A DNA stretch of 64,000 nt from Patescibacteria group bacterium (GTDB lineage Bacteria; Patescibacteriota; Patescibacteriia; Veblenbacterales; UBA10138), in the NCBI GenBank assembly GCA_041645215.1, contig JBAZQK010000003.1, positions 45,723 to 109,722 of the forward strand. The letters are read 5' to 3'. Of the stretch, positions 7,079 to 17,007 are shown in pieces. Each line of letters opens with the position of its first letter. The stretch's first letter is position 1. The notes below the pieces were generated by a model. That model was not told the origin of the DNA. It saw nothing but the letters and a program-made list of their open reading frames with translations, and searched no databases. The position numbers and the translations under genes were made by a program.

Positions 7079-10000
7079 CTAGGATATTTCCACACTCACT
7101 GCCTCGCCTTCTATTTCCAGCTTGTTATCATACTCCTCTTGGCTGATATTAATTTCCTTAGACAAAGTGGATTTGAGTAAATTATCACGGTGATTAAAAA
7201 GTATGGCGGCTATTTTTTCAGTAGCTCCAACTTTCAACATAATCCGATCGTTAATCGTTAACCCCCGCTGCTTGCGCAAGGCATTTACCTGCCGCGAAAA
7301 TTCGCGTATTAAACCGAGCGCTTTTAGCTCATCATCAATTTCTGTATTTAAAACTACCGACAATTCCCCTGCTTCCTCGCAAACTACTTCTAATACATTT
7401 ATTTCATCGGCCAAAATTGCCTTCATTTCCTCGGCCAAAATCAAACCCTTCACGGTAACCACCCGCAAAGCCTGACGAACTTTTATTTTAGCTGCCGCCC
7501 GCTGAGCTAAAACCGTTTCTACTACTTGTCTTAGTTTTGACATCTTAATCAAAAGTTCTGGATCGTCATTATCGGCATACAAAGATGGCCATTCTGCTAA
7601 ATGCACCGACTCTAATTCTCCTCCAACCCGACGATAAATATGCTCTGACAAAAAAGGTACAAAAGGAGACATTATTTTTGATAAATTAAGTAAAACATGT
7701 CGTAAGGTATTTAGGGCTTCCATTTTTCTATTCTCTTGTTTAAATCTATCGCGGCTGCGGCGCACATACCAAACCGATAAATCAGTAATAAACTCCTCTA
7801 TCTTCCGTCCCGCTTCTGTCACCTTATAGTTTTCTAGATATTCTGTTACTTCGTCCAATAATTTATACCACATTGCCAATATCCACCTATCTAATACATG
7901 AGTAACTTGCGGCACTTGCCGTGTACCGTCGCTCGCCTTTGGGCGAGCGACTGGTACACGGTACAATTCATAAAACATCACCACATTCATTAAAATCAAA
8001 AATGTTTTTTTTACCACGGCCTCAACATCTTTGGGGTCAAAATTCTTAGGTTCGCCCGGCTGGCTAGCCGTATAAAAATAAAACCGCAAAGCATCAGTCC
8101 CGTATTGATTGATAATTTCCCAGGGGTCAATAATATTGCCCTTGGATTTAGACATTTTTTGGCCATATTTGTCGTTTATATGCCCCAAACAAATAACATT
8201 CCGGTAAGGCGGAATCTCGCCGATGGCGCCGGCTTTTTTAAGCAAAGTCGCCACCGCCAGCAGAGTGTAAAACCAACCGCGGGTTTGATCTATGGCTTCA
8301 GCAATAAATTCAGCCGGATAATGGTCTGGCAATTGCTGGGCGCTACCCGCAGTCGCCGGATAACCCCACTGGGCAAACGGCATACTGCCACTGTCAAACC
8401 AACAATCAGCCACCTCCGGCACGCGCCGCATTTCCCCGCCACACTTACAAGCCAAAACAATCTCGTCAACATAAGGCCGGTGCGGATCAAAATTTTGACT
8501 TTTTCCGCCAGCACGCCCTGCCAAAGACGAGGCTCCGCCGAATGGCGGGCCGAGGGAGGCGGATCCGCCTTGGGCGGAGATTTTTGACTTTTGACTTTCG
8601 TTGGCTAAATCAGACAACTCCTGAAAACTGCCAACGCATATCTGATTGCTGCAGTCTCCACATATCCATATGGGTAATGGCGTACCCCAATAGCGCTCGC
8701 GCGAAATGGCCCAATCTTTTACCCCGTCCAGCCATTCGCCAAACCGACCTTGCTTAATATGCTCGGGATACCAATTGATTATCTCGTTAGCCGCTTTTAA
8801 ATCCTCCCGCAAAGCTGACATTTTTATAAACCACGATAGTTTGGCATAATACAGAAGCGGCGTATCGCAACGCCAACAATAAGGATAATCATGAGTGTAC
8901 ATTTCTTGCTTAAACAACAAACCGCGCTCTTTTAAATCCTCCACGATTCCTTGCTCCACTTCTTTATCCTTAACAAACTTACCAGCCCATTTGGCAACAT
9001 CTTTGGTAAAATAACCATTCTCGTCAACCGTATGAAACTTGGGCAAGCCGACTTGACCGCCTAAATTAAAATCGTCCTCGCCGTACATTACGGCCGTGTG
9101 TACCACGCCGGTGCCATCCATAGTGGTGACGAAATCCGCGGCATACACGCGGTGTGATTTTTCGTTCTGGAGCGGTTTGATGTCGAATAACGGTTCATAT
9201 TCTAAACCAACTAACTCACTACCTCTCAATAGCCGTATGTTTTTAAATAAAACATTACCTTTCCCCTTAAAATTAGTACTACCCCATGTCAAATCATCTT
9301 CGTGTGGGTGAGGACTATAACCTAAAGTACTCTCAAAAACATTCGTAAATGCGGAACGGGCCAATATAAATACTTCACCTTTTTGTATATCAGAAACATC
9401 TGACGTTTCAACCTCTAACATTAGGTAATCAATATCAGCACCAATTGCGAGCGCTACATTCCCCGGTAAAGTCCAAGGTGTAGTCGTCCAAGACAAAATA
9501 TATGTATTATTTTCAATTTTGACTTTTTCCGCCAGCACGCCCCGCCAAAGGCGAGGCTCCGCCAGGTGGCGGGCCGAGGGAGGCGGATCCGCCTTGGGCG
9601 GAGACTTTTGACTTTTGACTTTGAACTTAATATAAACTGACGGTTCAGTAATTTCTTTATACCCTTGGGCCACTTCGTGGCTGGATAGGGCCGTACCGCA
9701 ACGCGGACAATGCGGCACCACTTTATAATCTTGGTACAACATTCTTTGCCAGCCCTCACCCGGACATTCATCACTGACTCTAAATTCATTCTCTGGCTCC
9801 ATGACTGGCTGACTGTCTGACTGGCTAACCCACGTACGCCAGATTTGCTTAAAAATCCACCACAAACTTTCAATGTAATAAGGCTGATAAGTAATATAGG
9901 GCTTTTCCAAATCCAGCCAATAGCCAATGCGTTCGGTTAATTTTTCCCACTCATTTTGATATTTCCAGACGGCGGCCTTGCATTTACTATTAAACTCCTC

Positions 10001-10318
10001 CACCCCGTACTGTTCTATGTCTGACTTGCCTTTAAACTTCAACTCTTTCTCAACCTGCAGTTCCACGGGTAACCCTTGGGTATCCCAACCGGCTTTACGG
10101 TCAACCTTAAATCCCCGCATGGTTTTGTAACGCGGAATTAAATCCTTAAACGCCCGCGCTAGCACGTGATGCAAGCCCGGCTTGCCATTGGCTGTCGGCG
10201 GCCCTTCAAAAAAAACAAACTTGCCCTGTGGGGCCGGCTTGGCCAGGGTCTTGGCAAAAATTTTATGTTCTTTCCAAGAAGCTAGGATTTTGTCCTCCAG
10301 TTCAGAAAACTTTATCAT
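7079..10318 (-). CDS. ileS: Isoleucine--tRNA ligase (IleRS2 type) carrying palindromic in-frame insertions
   Basis: EGPPTANGKPGLHH, GWDTQGLPVE, WTTTPWTLP, GTGVVH, SRERYWGTP, KMSKS. Confidence 0.97.
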   Translation of the reverse strand: MIKFSELEDKILASWKEHKIFAKTLAKPAPQGKFVFFEGPPTANGKPGLHHVLARAFKDLIPRYKTMRGFKVDRKAGWDTQGLPVELQVEKELKFKGKSDIEQYGVEEFNSKCKAAVWKYQNEWEKLTERIGYWLDLEKPYITYQPYYIESLWWIFKQIWRTWVSQSDSQPVMEPENEFRVSDECPGEGWQRMLYQDYKVVPHCPRCGTALSSHEVAQGYKEITEPSVYIKFKVKSQKSPPKADPPPSARHLAEPRLWRGVLAEKVKIENNTYILSWTTTPWTLPGNVALAIGADIDYLMLEVETSDVSDIQKGEVFILARSAFTNVFESTLGYSPHPHEDDLTWGSTNFKGKGNVLFKNIRLLRGSELVGLEYEPLFDIKPLQNEKSHRVYAADFVTTMDGTGVVHTAVMYGEDDFNLGGQVGLPKFHTVDENGYFTKDVAKWAGKFVKDKEVEQGIVEDLKERGLLFKQEMYTHDYPYCWRCDTPLLYYAKLSWFIKMSALREDLKAANEIINWYPEHIKQGRFGEWLDGVKDWAISRERYWGTPLPIWICGDCSNQICVGSFQELSDLANESQKSKISAQGGSASLGPPFGGASSLAGRAGGKSQNFDPHRPYVDEIVLACKCGGEMRRVPEVADCWFDSGSMPFAQWGYPATAGSAQQLPDHYPAEFIAEAIDQTRGWFYTLLAVATLLKKAGAIGEIPPYRNVICLGHINDKYGQKMSKSKGNIIDPWEIINQYGTDALRFYFYTASQPGEPKNFDPKDVEAVVKKTFLILMNVVMFYELYRVPVARPKASDGTRQVPQVTHVLDRWILAMWYKLLDEVTEYLENYKVTEAGRKIEEFITDLSVWYVRRSRDRFKQENRKMEALNTLRHVLLNLSKIMSPFVPFLSEHIYRRVGGELESVHLAEWPSLYADNDDPELLIKMSKLRQVVETVLAQRAAAKIKVRQALRVVTVKGLILAEEMKAILADEINVLEVVCEEAGELSVVLNTEIDDELKALGLIREFSRQVNALRKQRGLTINDRIMLKVGATEKIAAILFNHRDNLLKSTLSKEINISQEEYDNKLEIEGEAVSVEIS

Positions 10319-10418
10319 GCCATTATTATAATGATTTTTCTCTATACCCGCAAGTTGACTTTAGTAACCTAATGAACTAAGGTATAACAAAATTACAAAC
10401 AAATCTAAAAGGCAAAAA

Positions 10419-10805
10419 ATGACCAAAAATCAAAATCGCATCATTAAAATATTAGATTCATTAGACTCAATCCCTCTAACAGAGGAGGCAAAAAACATTT
10501 TATCAAGCATGGAAATTTTGATTCAGATTGACAATAATGTACTCGCAATTGGCCCAACGGGAATCTATTTGTTGCAACGCTTTAATCAAGCAGGAAATTT
10601 TGACATCAAAACCAAAATGACAATTACACAAAATGAACACCAAGCTACCTTAGGTTTGGAATTTGAAAATTCTAATCGTAATATTATTCAAACAATTACT
10701 GCCTTGCTGGCTGAACTAGGACCTAAATTAAAAGAATCTACTGGTAATTTAGGTTTTACGCATTTAAACGAGAAAACAGAGCTTAAATTAACCATTCCAC
10801 TATAA
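10419..10805 (+). CDS. Hypothetical protein
   Basis: AT-rich 128-aa ORF in the intergenic gap, divergent from ileS. Confidence 0.6.
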   Translation: MTKNQNRIIKILDSLDSIPLTEEAKNILSSMEILIQIDNNVLAIGPTGIYLLQRFNQAGNFDIKTKMTITQNEHQATLGLEFENSNRNIIQTITALLAELGPKLKESTGNLGFTHLNEKTELKLTIPL

Positions 10806-10826
10806 AAAACTAACAACGAGGTAACA

Positions 10827-11072
10827 ATGGCAACGCCAACCCAAACACCAGCAAAACAAAAACGCTTTCTGCATGGTTATTCTGAAATGATTAACCTGGG
10901 CGAAAAAGAAAGCTTATTAATGAACGATATGTGTATCTTCATTAAAATGGAAGCTGACAAAATATGCTGTGTTGACCAAGTGAACAAAAAAGTTCACTTA
11001 CTGGTCAAAAACAAGAATGTTTTATTCATTAAAAAACAAACTCTGTGTCTTAAGGCAGAGAAATTTAAATAA
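10827..11072 (+). CDS. Hypothetical protein
   Basis: GAGGT SD upstream; followed by a hairpin at ~11103-11130. Confidence 0.6.
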   Translation: MATPTQTPAKQKRFLHGYSEMINLGEKESLLMNDMCIFIKMEADKICCVDQVNKKVHLLVKNKNVLFIKKQTLCLKAEKFK

Positions 11073-11306
11073 CTCCGGACTAAATTTTTTAGATCAAAAC
11101 TGCTGCCAAGAGCTCCAACTCTCGCGGCAGTTATTTATTTATTAGAAATTAGATATTAGATATTAGAAATTAAAAATTCTACCTACCCACGCACTATAAA
11201 GCTACCAATTTCTACCATAATCCAAATTTATTGCTGGTCGCTTTAAGTGCGGGGTCTCGCGCTCTAATAACAACAGCCAAAAAGATAATTTTAATTTATA
11301 GAACGC

Positions 11307-13040
11307 TCACATTTCTTCCAGCACTTCAATCCCTAAAATTCCCAAACCATGTTTTAAAACTTGCGCCGCTTGCTCAACTATTTTTAAACGCAACACTTTT
11401 TCGGCCGCGCCGGCTTTTAGCACTGGCATACTTTGGTAAAACGAATTCACCATTAATGACAACTCGTATAAATATAAAGCCAACAAATGCGGACCATTCT
11501 CCTGGCCGGCGCGCCACACACTCTCCGGATACCTTACAATCATACGCCACAGTTTCAAATCTTCTTTACTGGCCGCGCCCAGCAACTCGGCGGTTAATTT
11601 TACGGTCGGGCCCTTAACCTTAAGCTCGCTCTTAAACTTGCGCAAAATACTTTTGAGTCGCGCGTAAGTATATTGCAAATAAGGTCCGCTGTTACCCTCC
11701 ACGCTCAACATTTTATTCCAGTTAAACGTAATATCAGTCAAACGATTTTGCGCTAAATCATTATATTTAACCGCGCCCACGCCCACCGCCTCGGCTACGC
11801 CACTTTTTTGTTTTAAGCTGAACTTGGAATTTTTCTTATTAACTATCTCCAGCGCTAAATTATTAGCCTTATCCAAAACTTCCTCCAAACGAATAATCCG
11901 GCCTTGGCGCGTGGCCATTCTATGACCGTCCTCACCTAAAATTGTTCCAAATTTAATATGTTCAAGTTTAATTCCTTTGCTATAGCCGGCTAAACCCGCG
12001 GTCGCGAATACCTGTTCAAAGTGCAGCGCTTGTTCATTACCAACTAGGTACATTATCAAATTGGGTTTAAAATGCTTGGCCCGGTATTGAATAGCGGCCA
12101 AGTCGCGCGTGGCATAAAGCGAACCACCGTCCGATTTTTGAATTAAGCAGGGCGGTAAATTGGCCGCTGCTAAATGAACCACAATTGAACCATCATCATT
12201 TTTAATTGCCAGTTTCCGTTTTAATAAATCAGCCACGACCGACGACAGCCTTGGCTCATAAAAACTTTCCCCGATTATGCGGTTAAACTTAACTTTAAGA
12301 CGCTGGTACAGCCCGGCAAACTCCCGCCAAGACTCGGCTTTAAACCAATTCCACAAACGGCGATTTTCCTTGTCGCCTTTCTCCAGTTTTAAAAATTCAG
12401 CCTGTCCCATTTTTTCCAAGTCCGGTTGCTCTGTCATCACCTCGTGAAACCGCACGTATAATTTGAGCATTTCCTCAATCGGACTTTTGCGTATGGCCGC
12501 TTTATTGCCCCACAATTTATAGGCCGCGATAAGTTTGCCAAACTGGGTTCCCCAATCGCCCAAATGATTCATTCTGATAACCTTGGCCCCCAACGCCTCA
12601 TATATATTGGACAAAGCTTGACCGATAATAGTGGAACGAATATGGCCAATGTGCATTGGTTTGGCAATATTGGGTGACGAATATTCAACAATTACTTTTT
12701 GGTGGCGCCAAATATCCCAGTTCTTAATTTTCAGGCCTAAGCCCACGGTCTTAAAAACCGCCTCCGTGGTCAACCAAAAATTTATAAAACCAGGCCCCGC
12801 CACCTCCACTCGCGCCACCAAATTTTTTAACGCCTGGGATTCGTTTAATTCATCAACTATGGTGGCGGCCGCCGCTGACGGCGTAACCCCCCACTGGCTG
12901 GCTACCCGCAACGCAACATTACTGCTGTAATCACCGTGCGCCAAATCGCGCGTTAATAACACCTCAACCTCGTCCGGTTTTAAACTATAATGTTTGGCCG
13001 CGGCTCGCGCCAATTCGGCCTGAATCTTTAAACTAAGCAT
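11307..13040 (-). CDS. argS: Arginine--tRNA ligase
   Basis: HGDYSSNVA, GPGFINF, EYSSPNIAKPMHIGHIRS, NHLGDWGTQFG, GNSGPYLQY. Confidence 0.97.
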   Translation of the reverse strand: MLSLKIQAELARAAAKHYSLKPDEVEVLLTRDLAHGDYSSNVALRVASQWGVTPSAAAATIVDELNESQALKNLVARVEVAGPGFINFWLTTEAVFKTVGLGLKIKNWDIWRHQKVIVEYSSPNIAKPMHIGHIRSTIIGQALSNIYEALGAKVIRMNHLGDWGTQFGKLIAAYKLWGNKAAIRKSPIEEMLKLYVRFHEVMTEQPDLEKMGQAEFLKLEKGDKENRRLWNWFKAESWREFAGLYQRLKVKFNRIIGESFYEPRLSSVVADLLKRKLAIKNDDGSIVVHLAAANLPPCLIQKSDGGSLYATRDLAAIQYRAKHFKPNLIMYLVGNEQALHFEQVFATAGLAGYSKGIKLEHIKFGTILGEDGHRMATRQGRIIRLEEVLDKANNLALEIVNKKNSKFSLKQKSGVAEAVGVGAVKYNDLAQNRLTDITFNWNKMLSVEGNSGPYLQYTYARLKSILRKFKSELKVKGPTVKLTAELLGAASKEDLKLWRMIVRYPESVWRAGQENGPHLLALYLYELSLMVNSFYQSMPVLKAGAAEKVLRLKIVEQAAQVLKHGLGILGIEVLEEM

Positions 13041-13143
13041 GTATTTCAGTATACAGGAAAATTTTGTAATTAAAAAGCCGGTCCTTAAAAAAAGAACCGG
13101 CTAGTTTTACAAAATCTGTTTATTAATTAATGTATTTGATATT

Positions 13144-13971
13144 TTATTTAGAGATCTTTCGGCCAGATGCTTCAAGAACTATACAAGTATGCGCTAATTT
13201 GTGCTGCTGTGTATAAAGCTCACACCGCTTAAGGGCTGTAATTAAATCCTGACATTCTACCTTATCTTCAGTATGACGAATCTTAACTTTCCCTAAAGCA
13301 TAAGGCAGGAGTATACCAAGTATCTCTATATATCCAAGCAATGAAGGCATAAATACATCACTATTCCCTAGATGCACAAGAGCTTTTACCGAGAGATCTT
13401 TCAATGTTGCCACTTTTATACTTTTAGGATTATTTGTAATTAACACCATATTCTGCCTAACATAGCCCCCATCTTCAAGATTAAGCCAAAAGGCACCATA
13501 TAAACTCAAGGCAAAATTTATGGCGTTACGCAAGTCTGGATCTTTTTCTGGTATATTCCGTAGGTGTGTAAAGAATCCTAATGCCAGACCAACAGCATCA
13601 ACAACCGAACCATTTGCCCTGGTAAAAATACTATCCTCCGAATCCACTAAACTACATAGTGTAGACCGGGCCGCACGTGAGATTTTTATTTGCCTTGGAT
13701 CAATACCTACTGCTTGTTGGTCATTGTCATCAACTCCACCCCACGAAACTAGCAACTCAATAATACGCTGAATGAGTTTGGCGTCAATTGAATGCCATTT
13801 TGCTTCATGAACAGCTTTCTTAAGTTCCCAAAGCAAACTTAACGGATAACCAGACCTTACAACAATGTTTACCTGAGATACTGATTCTGTACCTGACAAG
13901 CTCTCAAGCTGGCTGGTAATGGTTTGAATATCCTTATCCAATTCCGGTTTAACTAAATTTAAGTGTACCAC
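13144..13971 (-). CDS. Hypothetical alpha-helical protein
   Basis: 275-aa ORF with no recognisable motif; hairpin at 13075-13102 downstream. Confidence 0.6.
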   Translation of the reverse strand: MVHLNLVKPELDKDIQTITSQLESLSGTESVSQVNIVVRSGYPLSLLWELKKAVHEAKWHSIDAKLIQRIIELLVSWGGVDDNDQQAVGIDPRQIKISRAARSTLCSLVDSEDSIFTRANGSVVDAVGLALGFFTHLRNIPEKDPDLRNAINFALSLYGAFWLNLEDGGYVRQNMVLITNNPKSIKVATLKDLSVKALVHLGNSDVFMPSLLGYIEILGILLPYALGKVKIRHTEDKVECQDLITALKRCELYTQQHKLAHTCIVLEASGRKISK

Positions 13972-14468
13972 GATTGTTAAACTCCTTTATTTATTTTACG
14001 TATTTCGCCCACCCGCTCTGGGGCCGGCTTTATTTATTTTTGGCTATTTTAGCCGGCTTCAACTTACACCCAGACAATACCAATGTCAAGAAAAAATCAG
14101 TGATAGACAAACCACCGACCAAACCAACTCGCTTATTTACCCCTTCGCGCTTATCCCGCCGTACAGTAGTTGTAGCGGCCGCGACAAATACAGTGCAACA
14201 GAAAAACTGGCTTAATGGACAAAATTAGTTGCTGAAAATTACCTTTTAGGGCTAATACTAGCTATAGACTTACATCTGTATTACGACCCAACGAATTTTG
14301 CTTAATAAATTACCTATAGAACCGCTAAAACAAGCTCAAAAAATCGACTAAGACCGCGTAAGTAGCAACTAAAAATGTCCATTATACCTAAAAGAACAAT
14401 GCAGTACCAAAAACACCCTCTGGGGAGGATGTTTTTAAGTGTTTTAATAACTCAATGTTACAGTATAT

Positions 14469-14822
14469 TTATACTTTGGGCTTTATTGCCTCTACCAACT
14501 TTTGGAACACGGCCGGGTACTCCCGCGCCAACTGCGACAACACCTTACGGTCCAGCTCAATCTTGGCCTTTTTTAACAAATCAATAAACCGACTGTAGCT
14601 TAAACCATATTCGCGCGTCGCGGCATTCAACTGAATCTGCCACATTCGGCGGAAAGCGCCTTTTTTGTCGCGCCGATGAGCAAAGGCATACACTCCGGCC
14701 TTACGCGCCGCTGGTTTAGCGAGCGTTATTTTGCTCTTACGACCCCAGCGATAACCCTTGGTTCTCTTTAACAAATTCTTGCGGCGCTTTAAATGCATTA
14801 CGCCTCGTTTAACTCTGGCCAT
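14469..14822 (-). CDS. rplT: 50S ribosomal protein L20
   Basis: MARVKRG..KGYRWG..LSYSRFI..ELDRKVLSQLA. Confidence 0.98.
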   Translation of the reverse strand: MARVKRGVMHLKRRKNLLKRTKGYRWGRKSKITLAKPAARKAGVYAFAHRRDKKGAFRRMWQIQLNAATREYGLSYSRFIDLLKKAKIELDRKVLSQLAREYPAVFQKLVEAIKPKV

Positions 14823-14846
14823 ATTATTTACCTAATAACATTAATA

Positions 14847-14977
14847 ATGAAGCTCTCTCTCCTGATGTCCGCCGACTGGCGGAATCGGGAGGTTATTTAT
14901 AAGAATGCGTTTCATCCGTCGTAGTCCTGCCGCCGGCGGGACGAAGTCCTCAACATCGGTGAACGAAGGCGGATAAA
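14847..14977. mobile_element. ATGAA-gctc...ggcgg-ATAAA palindromic element between rpmI and rplT
   Basis: Same end motifs as elements at 4135-4215, 30584-30890, 32775-32850, 38007-38100. Confidence 0.6.
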
Positions 14978-14978
14978 A

Positions 14979-15173
14979 TTACCGGTTCGGCAATAATTTA
15001 CGAATCGCTGGCGCATTAACCTTGGCGATTTCCACATCACGCCGCTTGCGCCGCGTGACTACTGAAGCCTCGCGGGAGTTAAAATGGTCTTGGCCGGCGG
15101 TGCGCTTCATTAACTTACCTTTGGCAGTTATGCGAAACCGTTTGGCGGTAGCTTTGTGAGTCTTAACTTTCAT
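14979..15173 (-). CDS. rpmI: 50S ribosomal protein L35
   Basis: MKVKTHKATAKRFRITAKGK. Confidence 0.97.
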   Translation of the reverse strand: MKVKTHKATAKRFRITAKGKLMKRTAGQDHFNSREASVVTRRKRRDVEIAKVNAPAIRKLLPNR

Positions 15174-15203
15174 AACAATAAATAATCAATAAATTTATAA
15201 TTT

Positions 15204-15351
15204 TAGGACTTACGCGTTTGCCGTCATCCTGAAGCTGATGTCCATCGGCTGAAGGATCTCGGCTTATATCTAAGCGATTTTCGAATGAGATTCTTCTCCC
15301 GCCGCTGGCGGGATCAGAATGACACAAAAAGCCTGAATCGCGTAAGTCCTA
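15204..15351. mobile_element. TAGGACTTACGC MITE enclosing a GTCATCCTGA element
   Basis: TAGGACTTACGCG...CGCGTAAGTCCTA with nested element 15222-15323. Confidence 0.8.
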
Positions 15352-15358
15352 AATTTAA

Positions 15359-15937
15359 TTACACTACTGGCTGAACCTTAGCCTTACTCGGCTCAATTTT
15401 CTTTTTGCCAATTTGCATACTCATTCGACCACCCTGACGACCAATTGGCACTTCCACAAAAACACCCTCGCCCAAATCATTAATAAATTTGTTAAATCCC
15501 TCAACCGCGATATCGGCGTGAGCTCGCTCGCGGCCGCGCAAAACCATTTCCAGACGCACCTTATGGCCTTCGCTCAAAAACTTTTGCGCCTGTTTAAGCC
15601 TGACATTGCGATCATGCTCGCCAATTTTAAAAGAAATCCGCACGCCCTTAACTTCAATTTTTTTGGCCTTTACCTTTTGGGCTTGCGCAATTTTTTGCTG
15701 CTTATATTTAAATTGCCCAAAATCCATAATTTTGGTTATGGACGGACGTTGAGTGGGATTAACCTCTACTAAATCCAAGCCCTTTTCGTGGGCGAGCAAC
15801 AAAGCTTGTGAGGTCGGCATAACGCCGAGTATTTTTCCAGTATCATCTATGACCTGAACTTCGGGTAAACGAATATATTGATTCACGCGATAGCGTGGTC
15901 GGTTTCTATTATCGTAACGCAAATGATTGTAACTAAT
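15359..15937 (-). CDS. infC: Translation initiation factor IF-3 (start uncertain: ATT 15937 or TTG 15922)
   Basis: NQYIRLPEVQVID, GLDLVEV, KIMDFGQFKY, FLSEGHKV..RGRE. Confidence 0.95.
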   Translation of the reverse strand: MSYNHLRYDNRNRPRYRVNQYIRLPEVQVIDDTGKILGVMPTSQALLLAHEKGLDLVEVNPTQRPSITKIMDFGQFKYKQQKIAQAQKVKAKKIEVKGVRISFKIGEHDRNVRLKQAQKFLSEGHKVRLEMVLRGRERAHADIAVEGFNKFINDLGEGVFVEVPIGRQGGRMSMQIGKKKIEPSKAKVQPVV

Positions 15938-16051
15938 GATTAGTAAATAGAATGTGTCATCCTGAAGCCGATGTCCATCGGCTTCAGGATGACAGGCTAT
16001 AATAATTTTTCACAAAGTTATGCGAATCCGCCGCGGCGGATGAGCTTTACA

Positions 16052-16440
16052 TGGTGGAGGTGACGGGGGTTACACCCGTGTCTAGTTAATTAAACCTAAA
16101 TTTGGCTCCAGGCTCAGTGCCCGCTAATTACCGACGCGCCAATCAAGCGGCACAAAAGTTGGCGTGCGGGTTGTCCTATAATTACTCGTCGCTATAAATA
16201 GGACAGCTTAACAGCGCGAGACTCGATAAATGACGTTCCGTATAAGTTATCGAGTGTCACTTAAGGGAACGGCTCTGACCAATATTAGGCCAAGGCTGGG
16301 GCAAAGCTCAATCCCGCCAAGGCGGAACGAACCTTGCTAACAAATGTATTAGCATTTGTGTAGGTGCAGCTTTTTTACGAAGACTGCGGCTTCGACCTGC
16401 TAAACTTAAGTTAAAGAACTATCGAATTATAAACACCCCC
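16052..16440 (-). ncRNA. ssrA: tmRNA; predicted tag (A)ANTFVSKVRSALAGLSFAPALA
   Basis: 5' GGGGGTG pairs with 3' CACCTCC-ACCA including G3:U; tag ORF ending ALA-stop; immediately downstream of smpB. Confidence 0.92.
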
Positions 16441-16489
16441 CATCGTTAGCCATTAGCTTATAGCTAATGGTCATAACAATGGTGAGTGT

Positions 16490-16942
16490 TTACCCTTTGA
16501 TTCTTAAAGAACTTCTAATCTCGCGATTAAGTTCGCGTTTTTTTAAAGTCTCGCGCTTGTCATGTTTGGTTTTACCGCGCGCCAGACCGATTTCAACCTT
16601 AATTAACCTGTGCCTAGTATAAACAGAAAGTGGTACTAGTGTCAAGCCTTTTTCCTTAATTTTGCCGAATAAATGAGACAACTCACTAAATTTAAGCAAC
16701 AGCTTGCGGTCGCGAGCCGGGTCATAACTGGCCTGGGTTGTTTTGGCTGGTAAATAAGGCGCAATATTAACGCCAGTCAGCCACAGCTCGCCCATTTTAG
16801 GTATAACAAACGAGCCGTGCAGATTGATTCGCCCGCCCTTGGCCGACTTAACCTCCGCCCCAGTCAGCACTAAACCAGCCTCGAATTTCTCCAGGATAGC
16901 GTAATCGTGCAGGACACGCTTGTTATCTGCCAACCTACCCAT
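16490..16942 (-). CDS. smpB: SsrA-binding protein
   Basis: EAGLVLTGAEVKS, RDRKLLL, GLTLVPL, GKTKHDKRE. Confidence 0.97.
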   Translation of the reverse strand: MGRLADNKRVLHDYAILEKFEAGLVLTGAEVKSAKGGRINLHGSFVIPKMGELWLTGVNIAPYLPAKTTQASYDPARDRKLLLKFSELSHLFGKIKEKGLTLVPLSVYTRHRLIKVEIGLARGKTKHDKRETLKKRELNREIRSSLRIKG

Positions 16943-16955
16943 AAATAATTCCTAC

Positions 16956-16997
16956 TTTCATCTGCTTCGCTGCTCGCGAGCAGCGAAGCAGATGAAA
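16956..16997. repeat. 42-bp perfect loop-less palindrome
   Basis: TTTCATCTGCTTCGCTGCTCG|CGAGCAGCGAAGCAGATGAAA. Confidence 0.95.
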
Positions 16998-17007
16998 TGC
17001 TAATTTA

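Noticed and set aside
13974-14460. Possible gene or ncRNA in the long gap downstream of rplT
   Set aside because: Only weak ORFs and a terminator-like hairpin (~14410-14437); no supportable structure
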